Below are positions 26,661 to 40,010 of a stretch of 64,000 bases of DNA, piece after piece. The position numbers were made by a program, and so were the translations under genes. The first letter of the stretch is position 1. Every line of letters starts with the position of its first letter. A model generated the notes under the pieces. It was given only the letters and a program-made list of their open reading frames with translations. It was not told where the DNA came from and searched no databases. Source of the DNA: Eledone cirrhosa (lineage: Eukaryota); the NCBI GenBank assembly GCA_964016885.1, contig OZ024741.1:167710001-167774000 (forward strand). The letters are read 5' to 3'.

Positions 26661-27849
26661 GTATATATACATATGCATGAATGTATGGGTACAAATGAAA
26701 GAAGTTGAGAATATTTATATTAACACTTTGACCTATTTCTGCATTACCAACAGTTTCAAATGTTATGTTTATCTCATCAAATGCACCTGATGGTATAAAC
26801 ATGCTTATATACTCTTAATATAAATTATCATAATAAAATACAATCATCTTGTGACAGTGATTGTCTACATATAGGAAATAATGAGTGCATGAGTGCAGGT
26901 AGTAGTGAATGTCATAAAATACCCCAAACATTAATGGTTTGTTTTTGTCATCAATATACATTTATATATACATGCATAGAGACAGACAATATTTATATAT
27001 ATGCATATATTTATGCATCTATCTATCTGTTTGACAGATAGAGAGATAGAAAAGCAGACAATCTATCTATCAACTTCTTTTTCTATCTGTCTCCTACATA
27101 TCTGTCTATCTATTTACCTACCTATCTGGCTGTCAGCCTGTTTACCTTTCTATTAAATCTATATATTTATGTATATTTACCAATGTATCTATCTTCGGGC
27201 AGAACAAAAATAACTACACAAAGAGCAATCCCAATGTCAGTCCAAAGATGCTGCAAAGCAGGACTAAACCCAGATCTATGCGATCTTGAAGTGAACTCCT
27301 TAACCACTCAGCTATGCCTGTGCCTATTTAGAATTTTGTTTAATCTTTCATTTTTATTTTCAATAATGATCTGTTTTATTAATGTGTCTGATATTAATTA
27401 TTTTTCTAAGACTTATTTGTATTTCAATTTATAACTGATTTTCCCCCCTCTATTTCTAACCTCCTTCACCTTCTCATTGAAAATCAAATCGTTTAGATTT
27501 CACGAAATTCTTTCCCTCCATCGGCTAAATAAATTTTGGAAATTAATTTTCTCATTTGCATATTATGCAAATTGTTAAATGCTTTCTGTGCACTGTCAAC
27601 TTTTATGTTTCATAATCTAATTTTATTAGCTAATAGAATAATAATTAGGTAAAATAGTTTAATCTCAAATTCATATTTGTGTGTGTGTGTGTATCATTAT
27701 CATCATCACCACCATCACTTTTCATTGACTTTTCCATGCTGGCTTAGATTACCTTTCCTGTCATCAACCCTTTTAATTGCTTGCCATATGTAAGGATACA
27801 GTGTACCATTTCTAGACTGAATACACACACACACGCGCGCGCACACGTA

Positions 27850-28140
27850 TATGCATGAGTTGAGAGAGAAACTGTGTATAAGAGAGATAAGTTGTAGTGT
27901 GCAGGAGAGAAGACTGTGATGGTATGGACATGTGATGCACATAGAGGATAACCGCTGGGTAAAGAAATGCCAAGGAAGACGCAGTAGAGGAAGACCACGA
28001 AAAACATGGGCGGAGGTGGTGAGAGCGGACCTCAGATCACTGAAGCTTACGGAGGAGATGACGAAGGACCATGACAAGTGGAGAGATGCTGTGCTGAATA
28101 GGACCCGTCCCACCCTTGCAAGCATGAAAGCGGATGATGA
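27850..28140 (+). mobile_element. RTE LINE extreme 3' fragment (another subfamily)
   Basis: WYGHVMH...GRPRKTWAEVV...WRDAV followed by CCCACCCTTGCAAGCA..(GAT)n. Confidence 0.85.
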
Positions 28141-28167
28141 TATATATATATTTCATTTTTTGATTTT

Positions 28168-28496
28168 TTTCATTTTACGTCTGCTTTTCCCTGCTTGCAA
28201 GGGTGGGACGGGAACTGATTCTGGCTTGATTTCTACAGCTGGATGCCCTTCCTAACACCAACCTCATTTACAGTGAGTGCTGGGTGCTTTTTTGCCGTGG
28301 CACCTCCATGACCACTTTGCAGTAGAATGATAGGGACCGCACTCCCTATCATCTCATTTCTACAGCTGAGTAAACTGGAGCAATGTGAAATAAAGTGTCT
28401 TGCTCAAGGAAACAACACATCACCCGGTCTGAGAATTGAACTCACAACCTTTCGATTGCAAGGCCAATGATCTAACCGCTAAGCCATGTGCCTCCA
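28168..28496 (-). mobile_element. SINE family A, full length
   Basis: Reverse complement of 15556-15895. Confidence 0.92.
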
Positions 28497-28519
28497 TATA
28501 TATAATATATTTAGAAATT

Positions 28520-28807
28520 GAACAACACAAAATATAACTACTCCATTACCAAAGGTTTCTGGATCACAGATGGTAATAATATACGTCTGGATCAGTCGTC
28601 AGATAGATGTTATAGAAAAAAGATATGAAATGAGATTTAAAATCTGTAAAAAATTTGAAGTGAGGCTGGAAAAATAATGGGAAATATACATAAGAAAAGA
28701 AGGGTAAGAAAAATATATAATAAATAAAAATATATAGCAATATAGAAAAAGACATATATATATATATATATATATACAGACACATACACACATTCAGATA
28801 AAAGGAA
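28520..28807 (-). repeat. Left arm of a split hammerhead-bearing inverted element (HHR motif 28533-28614, minus)
   Basis: Near-identical reverse complement of 38597-38895. Confidence 0.9.
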
Positions 28808-28842
28808 AACATATATGTATATATACATACATATATATACTG

Positions 28843-28925
<83 letters not shown>

Positions 28926-28927
<2 letters not shown>

Positions 28928-31900
28928 TCATCATCATCATCAACGTTTAACGTCCGTGTTCCACGCTTGCATGGGTTTGGACGGGGGTAGTCCCACTTGA
29001 GGCAAGAGTGATTGTCTTGCTCGCATAGGACTGTCTGGCAGGTTTTCTACAGTTGGATGCCCTTCCTAACACCAACCACATTTACAGTGTGGGTCTGGGA
29101 GGTTTTTACCGTGTTGCCTACACGGCCACATTACAGCGTGGACTGTGTGTTTTTTTGTCGTGACACCTACACGATCTCATTTGTTTCGGCCTCGATGGCG
29201 TGGCACCAACATAACTTTACATAGAACGGGGTGGTGTGGATGGGGTGGGGGTGGTGGTGGTGGGACGGGGTGTATTTTGTTAGAGATGCCTACTGGCTGG
29301 AGTAGGTTTTACTATATATTTAGGTAAGGCGGGTCTTCTCTGTTACTGAGTACCGCCAAAGGTCTCGGTCCAGTGACATTGTCTTGGAGAGGTGTAAGTG
29401 TGTGATGTCGGAGTTTATCAGCTCGTCCCAGGTTTTTCTAGGTCTGCCTATTCCGTGACTACCGTCTATCTTTATTGCCCTGCACTTTGTTATACAGCTA
29501 TCGACTTTTATGCGCATCACATGTCCATACCAACGTAGCCTTCTCTCGAGTAAACAACATCTGATCCCTCTTATCTCTAATTTTTTCCTTAGTTCGTTTA
29601 TGCTTTGCCGTTCACGTATATTACTGTTACACATCCAGCGGAGCATGCAAGCTTCGTTCCTCTCTAGTCTGCGTATATCCTCTGCACACAATGCCCAGGT
29701 CTCACTGCCATGCAGCATTGCTGTTCGTATGCAGGCATCGTACAACCTGCCTTTCATTTTTAGGGAGAACCCTTTAGCAGCTAATAGTGGTATAAGCTCT
29801 CTGAACTTTTTCCAACCAGTTCTGACTCTAGCTACAGTACTTTCAGAGCACCCTCCCCCACTGCTGATTTTATCGCCCAGGTAACGGAAGCTGTCCACTA
29901 TTTCTATAGAACCCTCTGCGCAATTGAAAGAGCTAGTATTTGTGGGCACTTGCTGCTACTTATTGCACCAGAGCACAGGCCACATGTAAAATCTATGTTC
30001 TTAGTTAGCTTACCTGTGATCCCACTACATCTTTTATGCACCCATACTTTGCATTTAGGACATAAAATGGAGTTTCTACCTACGCCTTTCCTACACACCG
30101 AGCACGACCATTTCCCAGAAGGGACCGCCGCCTTGTTTTCTTTCCTACAAACTAGTACTTTGGTCTTAGCCAGGTTAATTTTAAGTCCTTTTGACTCTAG
30201 GCCGTGCTTCCATGTTTGGAATTTCTTCTCTAGCTCGGCCATTGATTCCGCTATGAGTGTCAGGTCGTCTGCGTATAGGAGTTCCCATGGGCAGCCTGTC
30301 TTGAACTCCTCTGTTATAGCCTGAAGGGCAATAATAAATAGTAGGGGGCTGAGAACAGAGCCCTGATGGACGCCAACTTTTACGCTAAACTCTTCACTAT
30401 ATTCGTTGTTAATTCTAACCTTGCTGACTGTTTCTTTATACATGGCTTGTATAGCCCTCACAAGCCATTCGTCAACGCCTAGTTTTCTAAGAGCCCACCA
30501 GATAATGGAGCGGGGGACTCTGTCGAAGGCTTTCTCCAAGTCGACAAAAGCTAAGTAGAGGGGTTTACCTTTAGCTAGGTACTTCTCCTGTAGTTGTCGT
30601 ACTATGAAAAGAGCGTCTGTGGTACTTTTGCCTGACACAAACCCGAACTGCATTTCATCTAGGTCAATTCTCTCTCTGATTAGTTGCGCTATTACTTTTT
30701 CCGTGACCTTCATGACCTGGTCGATTAATTTAATGCCTCTATAGTTACTCCTATCTAGGGCGTCTCCTTTACCCTTATAACAGTTAACGATGATGCTGCT
30801 ATGCCAGTCCTTCGGAACAACCCCATTCTGTACGACTTGGTTAACTATGCGGGTGACCATGGTGTGTCCCACCGTGCCAGATGCCTTCAGCATCTCAGCA
30901 ACTATTTCCGAAGGCCCAGCCGCCTTACCCGTCTTCATATCCTTGATTGCCTTACTTATTATACTCCCCTCGACTAACACTGCTGGTCCCTCTATTGGGT
31001 CGATATGGGGGAGACTGTCTTTCTCCCATTTATTCTCCTCATTTAGTAGCCTTTCATAGTGACACTTCCAAGCTACCTTCTTATCAGCGTCGGTGATGGC
31101 AAGTGTGCCATCGTCGTTTAGTACACACTTCTCCCCGACAATATCACGGTTTTCCTTGACGCATTGCCTAGCAATCCTGAACACCTCACGTTTTTGGTCA
31201 TCGCGTTGTAGAACATGCTTGAACTTTCTTTCCTCAGCTTCCCTTCTTGCTAAGTACACTTGTCTCCTAGCTTCCCTCCTGGCCACTTGATAGTCTTCTC
31301 TACTTCCCCCATCCCGCCATACTTTCTAAGCCTGCTTTTTGGCCTTAATTGACCCCTCCACCTTACTGTTCCACCACCATGTTACTCTCCTCCTGCCTAG
31401 AGGCCTGCTCCAGCGACAGACTTCGTCTGTCGCCAACAGCAGGTTTGCTTTCAGAAATTCCCACTCTCCCTCTATATTGTCCGACTCTAAATGTTCTTCC
31501 TTACTGTCGAAAGCATCAAGTAATATGCTTTGAAATTTATTCCTGGCTGTGGGGTCCTTTAGCTTCCATATTTTTCTCCTGAGGATAGTCCTCTTCTGCT
31601 GTCGAGTACGTCTCGTCCTGACTATGAGGTCGCTAATTATCAGTCTATGTTGGGAGGTGCATTCTTCATGGGGGAGGGATTTAGTGTTTACAACAGACAC
31701 TCTGTCACGTCTTCTGGTAAGGATATAATCTACCTGGCTTGTGTGTTCCCCGGATCTATAGGTGATCAGGTGATTGTCACGTTTTTTGAAGTTAGTGTTA
31801 CAGATAGTTAGGTTATTTGCATCACAGAATTCCAGGATTCTGGAGCCTTCCTCATTTCTAGTACCAAACCCATAGCCTCCATGGATTTCGTCGTAGCCGT

Positions 31901-33040
31901 CACAATGTTGTCCAACGTGACCATTTAGGTCGCCTGCGATAATTATATAGTTACTGTCGGATATTTGGGAGGTAGTTAGCATCAGTGTCTCATAGAATCT
32001 GTCTTTTATAGTGCCGGGCAGTCCGGATTGGGGTGCGTACGCAGATATTACTGTCACCGTAGTTCTATTGAGGACAAGTCGTATTTTAATTATTCTGTCG
32101 TTCACTCTATTTACGTCTATTATCTTATCTGCCCACTTTTCTGCTACCATGATTCCTACTCCACCCAGCCCATCGTCGTTTCCCACCCAGAAAAGCTTAT
32201 AACATTGTTTTTTACCCTCAATGAACCTAGCAGACCCACCCCTCCACCTGGTCTCTTGAATACAACAAACATCGACCTCCTTACGTTCAAGCATTTCTAC
32301 AACCTCGTTAGCGCGACCCTTTAGAGTGCCTACATTTATGGTACCAACTCTGAAGTTTTGGATTGCGTTTGGGGGTTGGGGGCGGTGGGGGCGGGGGGCG
32401 ATGGGGTTATGTTAGCCGTCCGCGGTCGAAACAATGAGGAGTGCTCGCATTCTCGTCCAAGAGGTGAATTTGTCTTTATCTTTGGCATTGTCGCTGAGCG
32501 TCCAGATTTTTCTCTCTCTCTCCTCCACTCTCCAGGATTCCGCAGTCCATCCATCCATCATATATCGAAAGGCAACCAGGCAAGCGATAGTATAGGCCTC
32601 TGGCTTCTGATTGGTCCACGTAATAATACTGGTGATGCGTGGGGGCTCTGTTTTATGATTGGTCCACGTAATAGCAATGGTGGTGCGTGGGGGTGGGAGG
32701 GAGGAGTGTTGGGTAGCTAGATAGAAGGTAATGATTGAATGGGGTCCTTGCATTTAACAAGCGATTAACAAAAATACAAAATTTGTTCTGTTCAATACGA
32801 CCAAAAACTTTCGTATTTAACAATTAATAAAAACAAAAAATGTAGTTTGTTTTAGCGATAGATTGGCTATTTGGACTTGATACGAAATATGGATTGTTTT
32901 GAAAATACGCTAGAATTAGGATTAAAATACGCTAGAATTAGGATTCGTGGAGGCAGAGAAATGAAGGAAAATCTGTACATTACGTTACATGAATATCGTG
33001 GGATAGACAGCAAGCAATGAAATTTGGCGAAGTGAAGTGT
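28926..33040 (-). mobile_element. Near-full-length RTE-clade LINE (APE endonuclease, RT, PHD-type finger) with three visible lesions
   Basis: ORF pieces 32294-31326 (QETRW, SAYAPQ, GDLNGH, SQHRL), 31286-29904 (YRGIKL, DLEKAFD, HQGSVLSP, YADD) and 29949-29320; (GAT)n tail. The 5' boundary is approximate. Confidence 0.95.
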
Positions 33041-33248
33041 ATATATATATATACATATACAAACATACATGTACACACACACACACACATAAATACATAT
33101 ACACATTCACATATATATAAATACATATACACACTCACATTTATCATATACATATATATATATACATGCATTTATACATATATCTGTATATATGGCACAG
33201 ACACACTAGTTTGCAAAAACATACATACGCGAACACACACACAGATAA

Positions 33249-33306
<58 letters not shown>

Positions 33307-33367
33307 GTATTTATATATATGTATATATATATATATACACATGTCTGTATATATATATACACACATG

Positions 33368-33432
<65 letters not shown>

Positions 33433-33488
33433 GTATATATATATGTACACACATATGTATATATATAATATATATGTACACACATATG

Positions 33489-33521
<33 letters not shown>

Positions 33522-33546
33522 GTATATATATATATATATACACATG

Positions 33547-33587
<41 letters not shown>

Positions 33588-33616
33588 GTATATATATATA
33601 TATGTACACACATATG

Positions 33617-33647
<31 letters not shown>

Positions 33648-33703
33648 GTATATATATATATATATATACACACATATGTATATATATATATATATATACA
33701 CAC

Positions 33704-33743
<40 letters not shown>

Positions 33744-33774
33744 GTATGTATATATATATATATATATACACATG

Positions 33775-33813
<39 letters not shown>

Positions 33814-33936
33814 GTATGTATATATATATATATATACACATGTATGTATATATATATATATATACACGTATGTATATATATATATACCCGTATGTATATA
33901 TATATATACACATGTATGTATATATATATACACATG

Positions 33937-33968
<32 letters not shown>

Positions 33969-33978
33969 CCCACACTTG

Positions 33979-34010
<32 letters not shown>

Positions 34011-34020
34011 CCCACACTTG

Positions 34021-34058
<38 letters not shown>

Positions 34059-34098
34059 TACGTATGTATATATATATATATATATATACCCACACTTG

Positions 34099-34148
<50 letters not shown>

Positions 34149-34210
34149 TACACATGTATGTATATATATATATATATACACACACATGTATGTATATATA
34201 TATATATATA
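33040..34210. repeat. Compound (TA)n/(CA)n/TATG microsatellite
   Basis: Directly visible. Confidence 0.97.
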
Positions 34211-34278
34211 CTAGCAGAAGTGCCCGGCGTTGCCCGGGTGTAAGTCGACCTTTGCTCTGTTGTTAAAATGTGTGAAAG

Positions 34279-35060
34279 TTACTTCCCGCGCATCACAGGT
34301 GCAACATTGTTGTTGGGGTTCACGCTCTTGTTGGTGTTGTTATTGTCTACACCAAAGGAGGTCATCATGAAACAGGAGTTGTATTTCCACATATTACGGC
34401 GGAACGTTGTAGCCGTAGTGTCGTCACCTGTAAGTAGATTCAGAAGACCGTCTGGCGGGTCAGCCAATGCCTCTAGTTGCACCTTACCTCCTGCACAGCA
34501 CATAGAAGGCGCCTCGCCTGGCAACGTCATTGCCTTGCAGGATGTACAGACATTATCCATTTTGCTAATGGTAACTGTAGGCAGAAGTCCGTAATCCTCA
34601 GAGGGGTTATATCTGAAGGTTGCTTTTACCCAGCCTGAGTTCTTGGCAGCAGTAGCTAATGTATGCCGGGAATGCTTAGCAGCAAGCCTGTTGTCTCTGT
34701 CTACCGTGGACTCCTCTGCAAGCGCATGTTGGTGATGAAGGCGAGCGCCAGCAAGACGCATCGTACGGGATGTTGGTGACTCCTTCGCCAGCGCTTGTTG
34801 GCGACAAAGGTGAATTACCAGCAAGCCTCGTCATACGGGATGTTGGTGACTCCTCCGCCAGCACTTGTTGGCGACGAAGGCGAACACCAGCAAGCCTCGT
34901 CGTACGGGATGTTGGTGACTCCTCCGCCAGCGCTTGTTGGCGACAAAGGCGAATTACCAGCAAGCCTCGTCGTACGGGATGTTGGTGACTCCTCCGCAAG
35001 CGCTTGTTGGTGACGAAGGCGAACATCAGCAAGCCTTGTCGTACGGGATGTTGGTGACTC
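34279..35060 (-). pseudogene. Helitron Rep/helicase N-terminal fragment (STPR-like 23-aa repeats, Cys motif)
   Basis: EESPTSRTTRLA repeats of 69-70 bp; CTSCKA..E..MCCAGGKV..PP..LL..F..N..YNSCFMMTSFG. Confidence 0.88.
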
Positions 35061-35559
35061 AACCAGCCGGGAAAGACGTCTATCAGCGAGTCGAGATTCA
35101 CACTCAGCATGTGTTTCCTAGAGAAAGTTAATTAATGCTACTGGTTAGCTAAGCCAAAGGCACTGTGCCAATAGTAATTGAGAAAAATGTAATATGAACA
35201 AAAGGGAATCAAGGTAAGACAACAAATTTAATATAACTACGATTAGAATGTTGTAGTTGCTTAAAAGTGGTGACAGTTAGGATAAACGCAGTGCTTGCTA
35301 ACATTAAGGCAGAATATTGCATAAAGGATTAACCAATTGTGAATGAACGCATACCTGAGAACGCCAAATTCGTCGTCTCAAAGCAGTAGCTGTATCTTTT
35401 TTGGAGGTAAGTCTTGAACGTTTCCGTGTGGGCATAACAACATGTAACGAAGCTGTTAGGTTAGAGAGGGGGGATTAAGTACAGAGAGAGGTGACACCAG
35501 ATTTGCTAGCATGGTTACTGGTGAATGGGAAGGTTTGGAAATATGATTATAATAACTTA

Positions 35560-35815
35560 CCGAATTTTCCGGCCTATAAAGTGGACTTAAAATACCTAAA
35601 TTTCATCAAAAAACAGCTCTGCGCTTTATACTCCGGTGAGCCTTATGTATAAATAATACAATGGTAATCAATCACGGCTCTAACAGAAGTAATAGATCTA
35701 GACTAAAAGTAAAGAAGATAGCATTTTCCTGGTTGGCCTTACACGCTGTTGCACGGACCTGATTTTAAATTATACGCCTTATATCCCGGTGAGCCTTATA
35801 GAGCGGAAAATACGG
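35560..35815. mobile_element. Tc2/pogo-type MITE nested in the Helitron
   Basis: TA-CCGAATTTTCCG ... CGGAAAATACGG-TA; internal CCGGTGAGCCTTAT direct repeats. Confidence 0.8.
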
Positions 35816-37630
35816 TATCTATTGGAAAAGAATACAAATTCATGACCAAGGTGTGACAAAATTGGCGTCTATATAGTGCCTGAAACAAACTTGTCCCAAA
35901 CCCTGGGAACTTTCTCGTTAAGTATCCACCCAAAAGGAACTTTCTAGGTTACAAAAAATAACTAAAGTGAATAGTAGCTATATTTCTGACATATCATGCC
36001 AAAAAGATCAATATATTCAAAAAATTTTCTAAAGTACATTCAATCTCTTTTTGACCGATTTCTTAATAAGCAAATTATCGATTTTTTATTAGGTGTCAGT
36101 GTTTATCTGCATGCAGGTGTGTACGTGTGCGCAATCAATTGCACTGCATGCAGATGGTCTATGACAACTAATTAAAAGATTAAAGAACAATAGCCATTTG
36201 CAAATACGCTCATAACATTTAGTCATAAACAGAACAAAAAATGCCATTAGAGGTGGACTAATAATGGAAAAGACACAAACCCGGGTGAACTTACGTTTAA
36301 AAACCCGAAAACTTACTCACTTCCTGTGCAAAAGGCTGTGACAGTAGTGTTATAAGTAATTTTTTAGAACCTTTTGTTTAAAAAAGGAAAAAATTGGTAT
36401 GGACGTAACATTTTTTACAACTTTGTATGTGTCCAATACAACTTGGTCAAAGTATTATTTAGTAAATTTTTTTCAAAAAGCATGGTTATTTAAGACTGTT
36501 TGAAAATTTACTTACCGCTTTTAGCTTTTGGCATCACAAAAGACACCATTAAATTTGGTTTCCTTTCAGATAGGGATAATACCCTATTTGCATTTTAATA
36601 AGGGGAATATGAAAAGTTTAACGCTAAGATGTCGACAATCCCCTAGTCCCAATGGGGATTTTTAAATTTAAGGAAGGCGAAAAATGAATTAAATTTAACT
36701 GAAATGGCATGCAAGTAGTCTAAATAAATAAGCACTAACTCACCGATAAGTGGGCAAATTCTGTAAAGGTCCATTTAGTGAGACGGCCGGATTTATTGTT
36801 GTTCACAAAAAGCGGATACACACAAAGAGAAAAAGGCGGTTCACACGTGCGTGCATACCTGTTTGTGTATCTATCGTTGAGAAAACATACTGCTCGTGAT
36901 ATAGACAGACCGGCCAATCAATAACGCGCATAAGTCACAGTATGTGCGTGCTTATATGGGCATATGAAATTGAATTTGATTGTGCCAGGTGTAAACTAAA
37001 AGTGCTTGTGTTCGAATACATACACATTAAATTTCATTGAAATCGAAAGATTTTTGAATAAAATATGAAAAACATTCTGTCATATATTTTGTTGACTGTA
37101 CAATTATTTAAGAATTAAGAATTCTACTCAAAGAACCCTAAATATCTGTTTGTAAAGCCTTCCATTTTCCCATAAAGAAAGGTGTAGATTTGCATATTTC
37201 CACAATATTGCGCCATTGATAATTAAACTATGAATTCTTGTCTGCCCTGACTCTTAAAGGTCTCATTTAACGCATGATTTATGAGTTTAAAAAAACTTTC
37301 TGAATTTTTGCAGCCTTGGAGTAACTCCTACTGGATCTATTATTTTGGTAATATCAAATTTCATTGAAATCGGACGAAAATATCTGAAAATATCGCTGAA
37401 AAGCCCACGTTCATCCCCGAATCAAAATACACACTTGCGTCGAGTTTCATAGAAATCGGACGATTTTTGGCTTCTAGGGGTCCGATTATCGATTTTTACC
37501 AATCTACGGGTCGAGTTTTATATATGTGTCAAGTTTCATAAAAATCGGATGAACGGTGTAGCCTGCAAGTTCAGGACACCAAACAAACAAACAACACCCA
37601 ACTTCACTTTATATATTAGATATACACACA

Positions 37631-37671
<41 letters not shown>

Positions 37672-37725
37672 GTGTATATATATATATACATATATATACA
37701 CACACACACACACACATGTATGTAT

Positions 37726-38345
37726 CATCATCATCATCATCATCAACGTTTAACGTCCGTGTTCCACGCTTGCATGGGTTTGGATGGGGGTTTTCCCACT
37801 TGAGGCAAGAGTGATTGTCTTGCTCGCATAGGACTGTCTGGCGGGTTTTCTACAGCTGGATGCCCTTCCTAACACCAACCACATTTACAGTGTGGGTCTG
37901 GGAGGTTTTTACCGTGTTGCCTACACGGCCACATTACAGCGTGGACTGTGTGTTTTTTTGTCGTGACACCTACACAATCTCATTTGTTTCGGCCTGGATG
38001 GTATGGCACCAACATAACTTTACATAGAAGGGGGCGGTGTGGATGGGGTGGGGTGGTGGGACGGGGGTGTATTTTGTTAGAGATGCCTACTGACTGTAGT
38101 AGGTTTTACTTTGTATTTAGGTAAGGCGGGTCTTCTCTATTACTGAGTACCGCCAAAGGTCTCGGTCCAGTGACATTGTCTTGGTGAGGTGTAAGTGTGT
38201 GAGGTCGGAGTTTATCAGCTCGTCCCAGGTTTTTCTAGGTCTGCCTATTCCGTGGCTACCGTCTATCTTTATTGCCCTGCACTTTGTTATACAGCTATCG
38301 TCCTTCATGCGCATCACGTGACCATACCAACGTAGCCTTCTCTCG
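37726..38345 (-). mobile_element. RTE LINE 3' fragment
   Basis: Near-identical to 28926-29548. Confidence 0.93.
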
Positions 38346-38395
38346 TGTATAGATATATATATATACCACACACATGCATGTATATATATACATGC

Positions 38396-38428
<33 letters not shown>

Positions 38429-38596
38429 CATGTATGTATACATATATATACACACATGTATGTATACATATATATACACACACATGTATGTATACATATA
38501 TATATATATACACACACATGTATGTATACATATATATATACACACACATGTATGTATATATATACATGTATGTATATATATATATATATATATATA

Positions 38597-38627
38597 TTCC
38601 TTTTATCTGAATGTGTGTATGTGTCTG

Positions 38628-38664
<37 letters not shown>

Positions 38665-39010
38665 TTTTTCTATATTGCTATACATTTTTATTTTTTATAT
38701 ATTTTTCTTACCCTTCTTTTCTTATGTATATTTCCCATTATTTTTCCAGCCTCACTTCAAATTTTTAACAGATTTTAAATCTCATTTCATATCTTTTATC
38801 TATAACATCTATCTGACGACTGATCCAGACGTATATTATTACCATCTGTGATCCAGAAACCTTTGGTAATGGAGTAGTTATATTTTGTGTTGTTCTATAC
38901 ATAGAGAACTCTTTTTTCTGGAATTACCTAACATATATAGTGTGGGTAGTACAGTGAAATATTGGTGTTGGTACAAAATCAAGCACTCTATGCACAGGCA
39001 GAGTGTATAT
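38597..39010 (+). repeat. Right arm of the split inverted element; HHR motif 38801-38882
   Basis: TCTAT-CTGACGA-c TGATC CAGA...TCTG t GATC ca-GAAA-CCTTTGG-TA-ATGGA; outer TATAAC/GTTATA pairing. Confidence 0.75.
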
Positions 39011-39059
39011 AATGGACAAAAAAATGAAGTTAAATAAAGAAATATATATATATATATAT

Positions 39060-39470
39060 ACGATATTAACAAATGGAAACTATATTTATAAAACCATATT
39101 TATTTTATTATACATATTTCAAGGACACCACGTTAAATTATGGTGTGCTTTCATCAGACAAAATACAATATAGATCAGTTTTATAAATAAATATTGACAT
39201 ACTATCCGGGAGCTTCCAACAGTAATGGTTGCATTTTTTAAGGGTATGTCAATATTTATTTATAAAACTGATCTATATTGTATTTTGTCTGATGAAAGCA
39301 CACCATAATTTAACGTGGTATCCTTGAAATATGTATAATAAAATAAATATGGTTTTATAAATATAGTTTCAATTTGTTAATATCGTTGGTTTACTCCAAA
39401 TACTTGTTGAGTGCTTTATATCAGTTATAAAATTATTTGCTTGTTGTATCCCAACAATTTAAATAGAACT
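39060..39470. mobile_element. Head-to-head hammerhead element (HHR minus 39101-39165, plus 39281-39345)
   Basis: Arms 39060-39202 and 39244-39386; TATTTTGT-CTGATGA-AAG c ACACCA..TGGTGT c CTT-GAAA-TATGTA-TA-ATAAAATA (left arm, read on minus). Confidence 0.85.
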
Positions 39471-39650
39471 TTTGCATATATATATATATATTTCTCAAGA
39501 TCCCAGACCTCATTTGCTTAACAAGTGGGGTGGAGTTCGGCATATTGGACCAAGGAAACAATGTTTCCATTGGTCTTTCTAATTGCTAATACTATCTGTT
39601 GGTCACAAATCCACCATAAACCAATATATATATATGTATATGTATGTTCG

Positions 39651-39784
39651 TTTTATTAAGGCTAAAGTGTGAGTCTCCTTACTCTGGAGTTTCACAGGGT
39701 CATCAGACAAGTTCTTTCTTGATGACTCTGTGATAAACAGGCGAAACTCCAGAGTAAAAGACTCATAATTTAGCCTTAATAAAA
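39651..39784. mobile_element. Small head-to-head element with two degenerate hammerheads
   Basis: Both arms contain (C/T)TGATGA..GAAA-CTCCAGAG-TA; outer arms are reverse complementary. Confidence 0.7.
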
Positions 39785-39846
39785 TAAATCATCATCATCA
39801 TTTTATGTCCGCTTTTCCCTGCTTGCAAGTTGCAAGGGTGGGACGA

Positions 39847-39892
<46 letters not shown>

Positions 39893-40010
39893 GAAAGGTA
39901 TAGAAAGTATTGTAGCAAGAAGACAACAGTATTCCATAATATATAATGCTAAAGGGTTAAATATATATATATTTATTTATATATATATATATATATTTAT
40001 ATATATTTAA

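Larger units (their letters stand above)
34211..37620 (-). mobile_element. Non-autonomous Helitron with both termini
   Basis: Minus strand A|TCTAATATATAAAG start, subterminal hairpin CCCGG GCAACG CCGGG, CTAG|T end; repeated AAATTTCAT..AAATCGGA motifs near the 5' end. Confidence 0.92.

Noticed and set aside
34755-35060. Regular 69-70 bp repeats superficially like a CRISPR array
   Set aside because: No unique spacers; coding repeats of the Helitron protein in a eukaryotic context.
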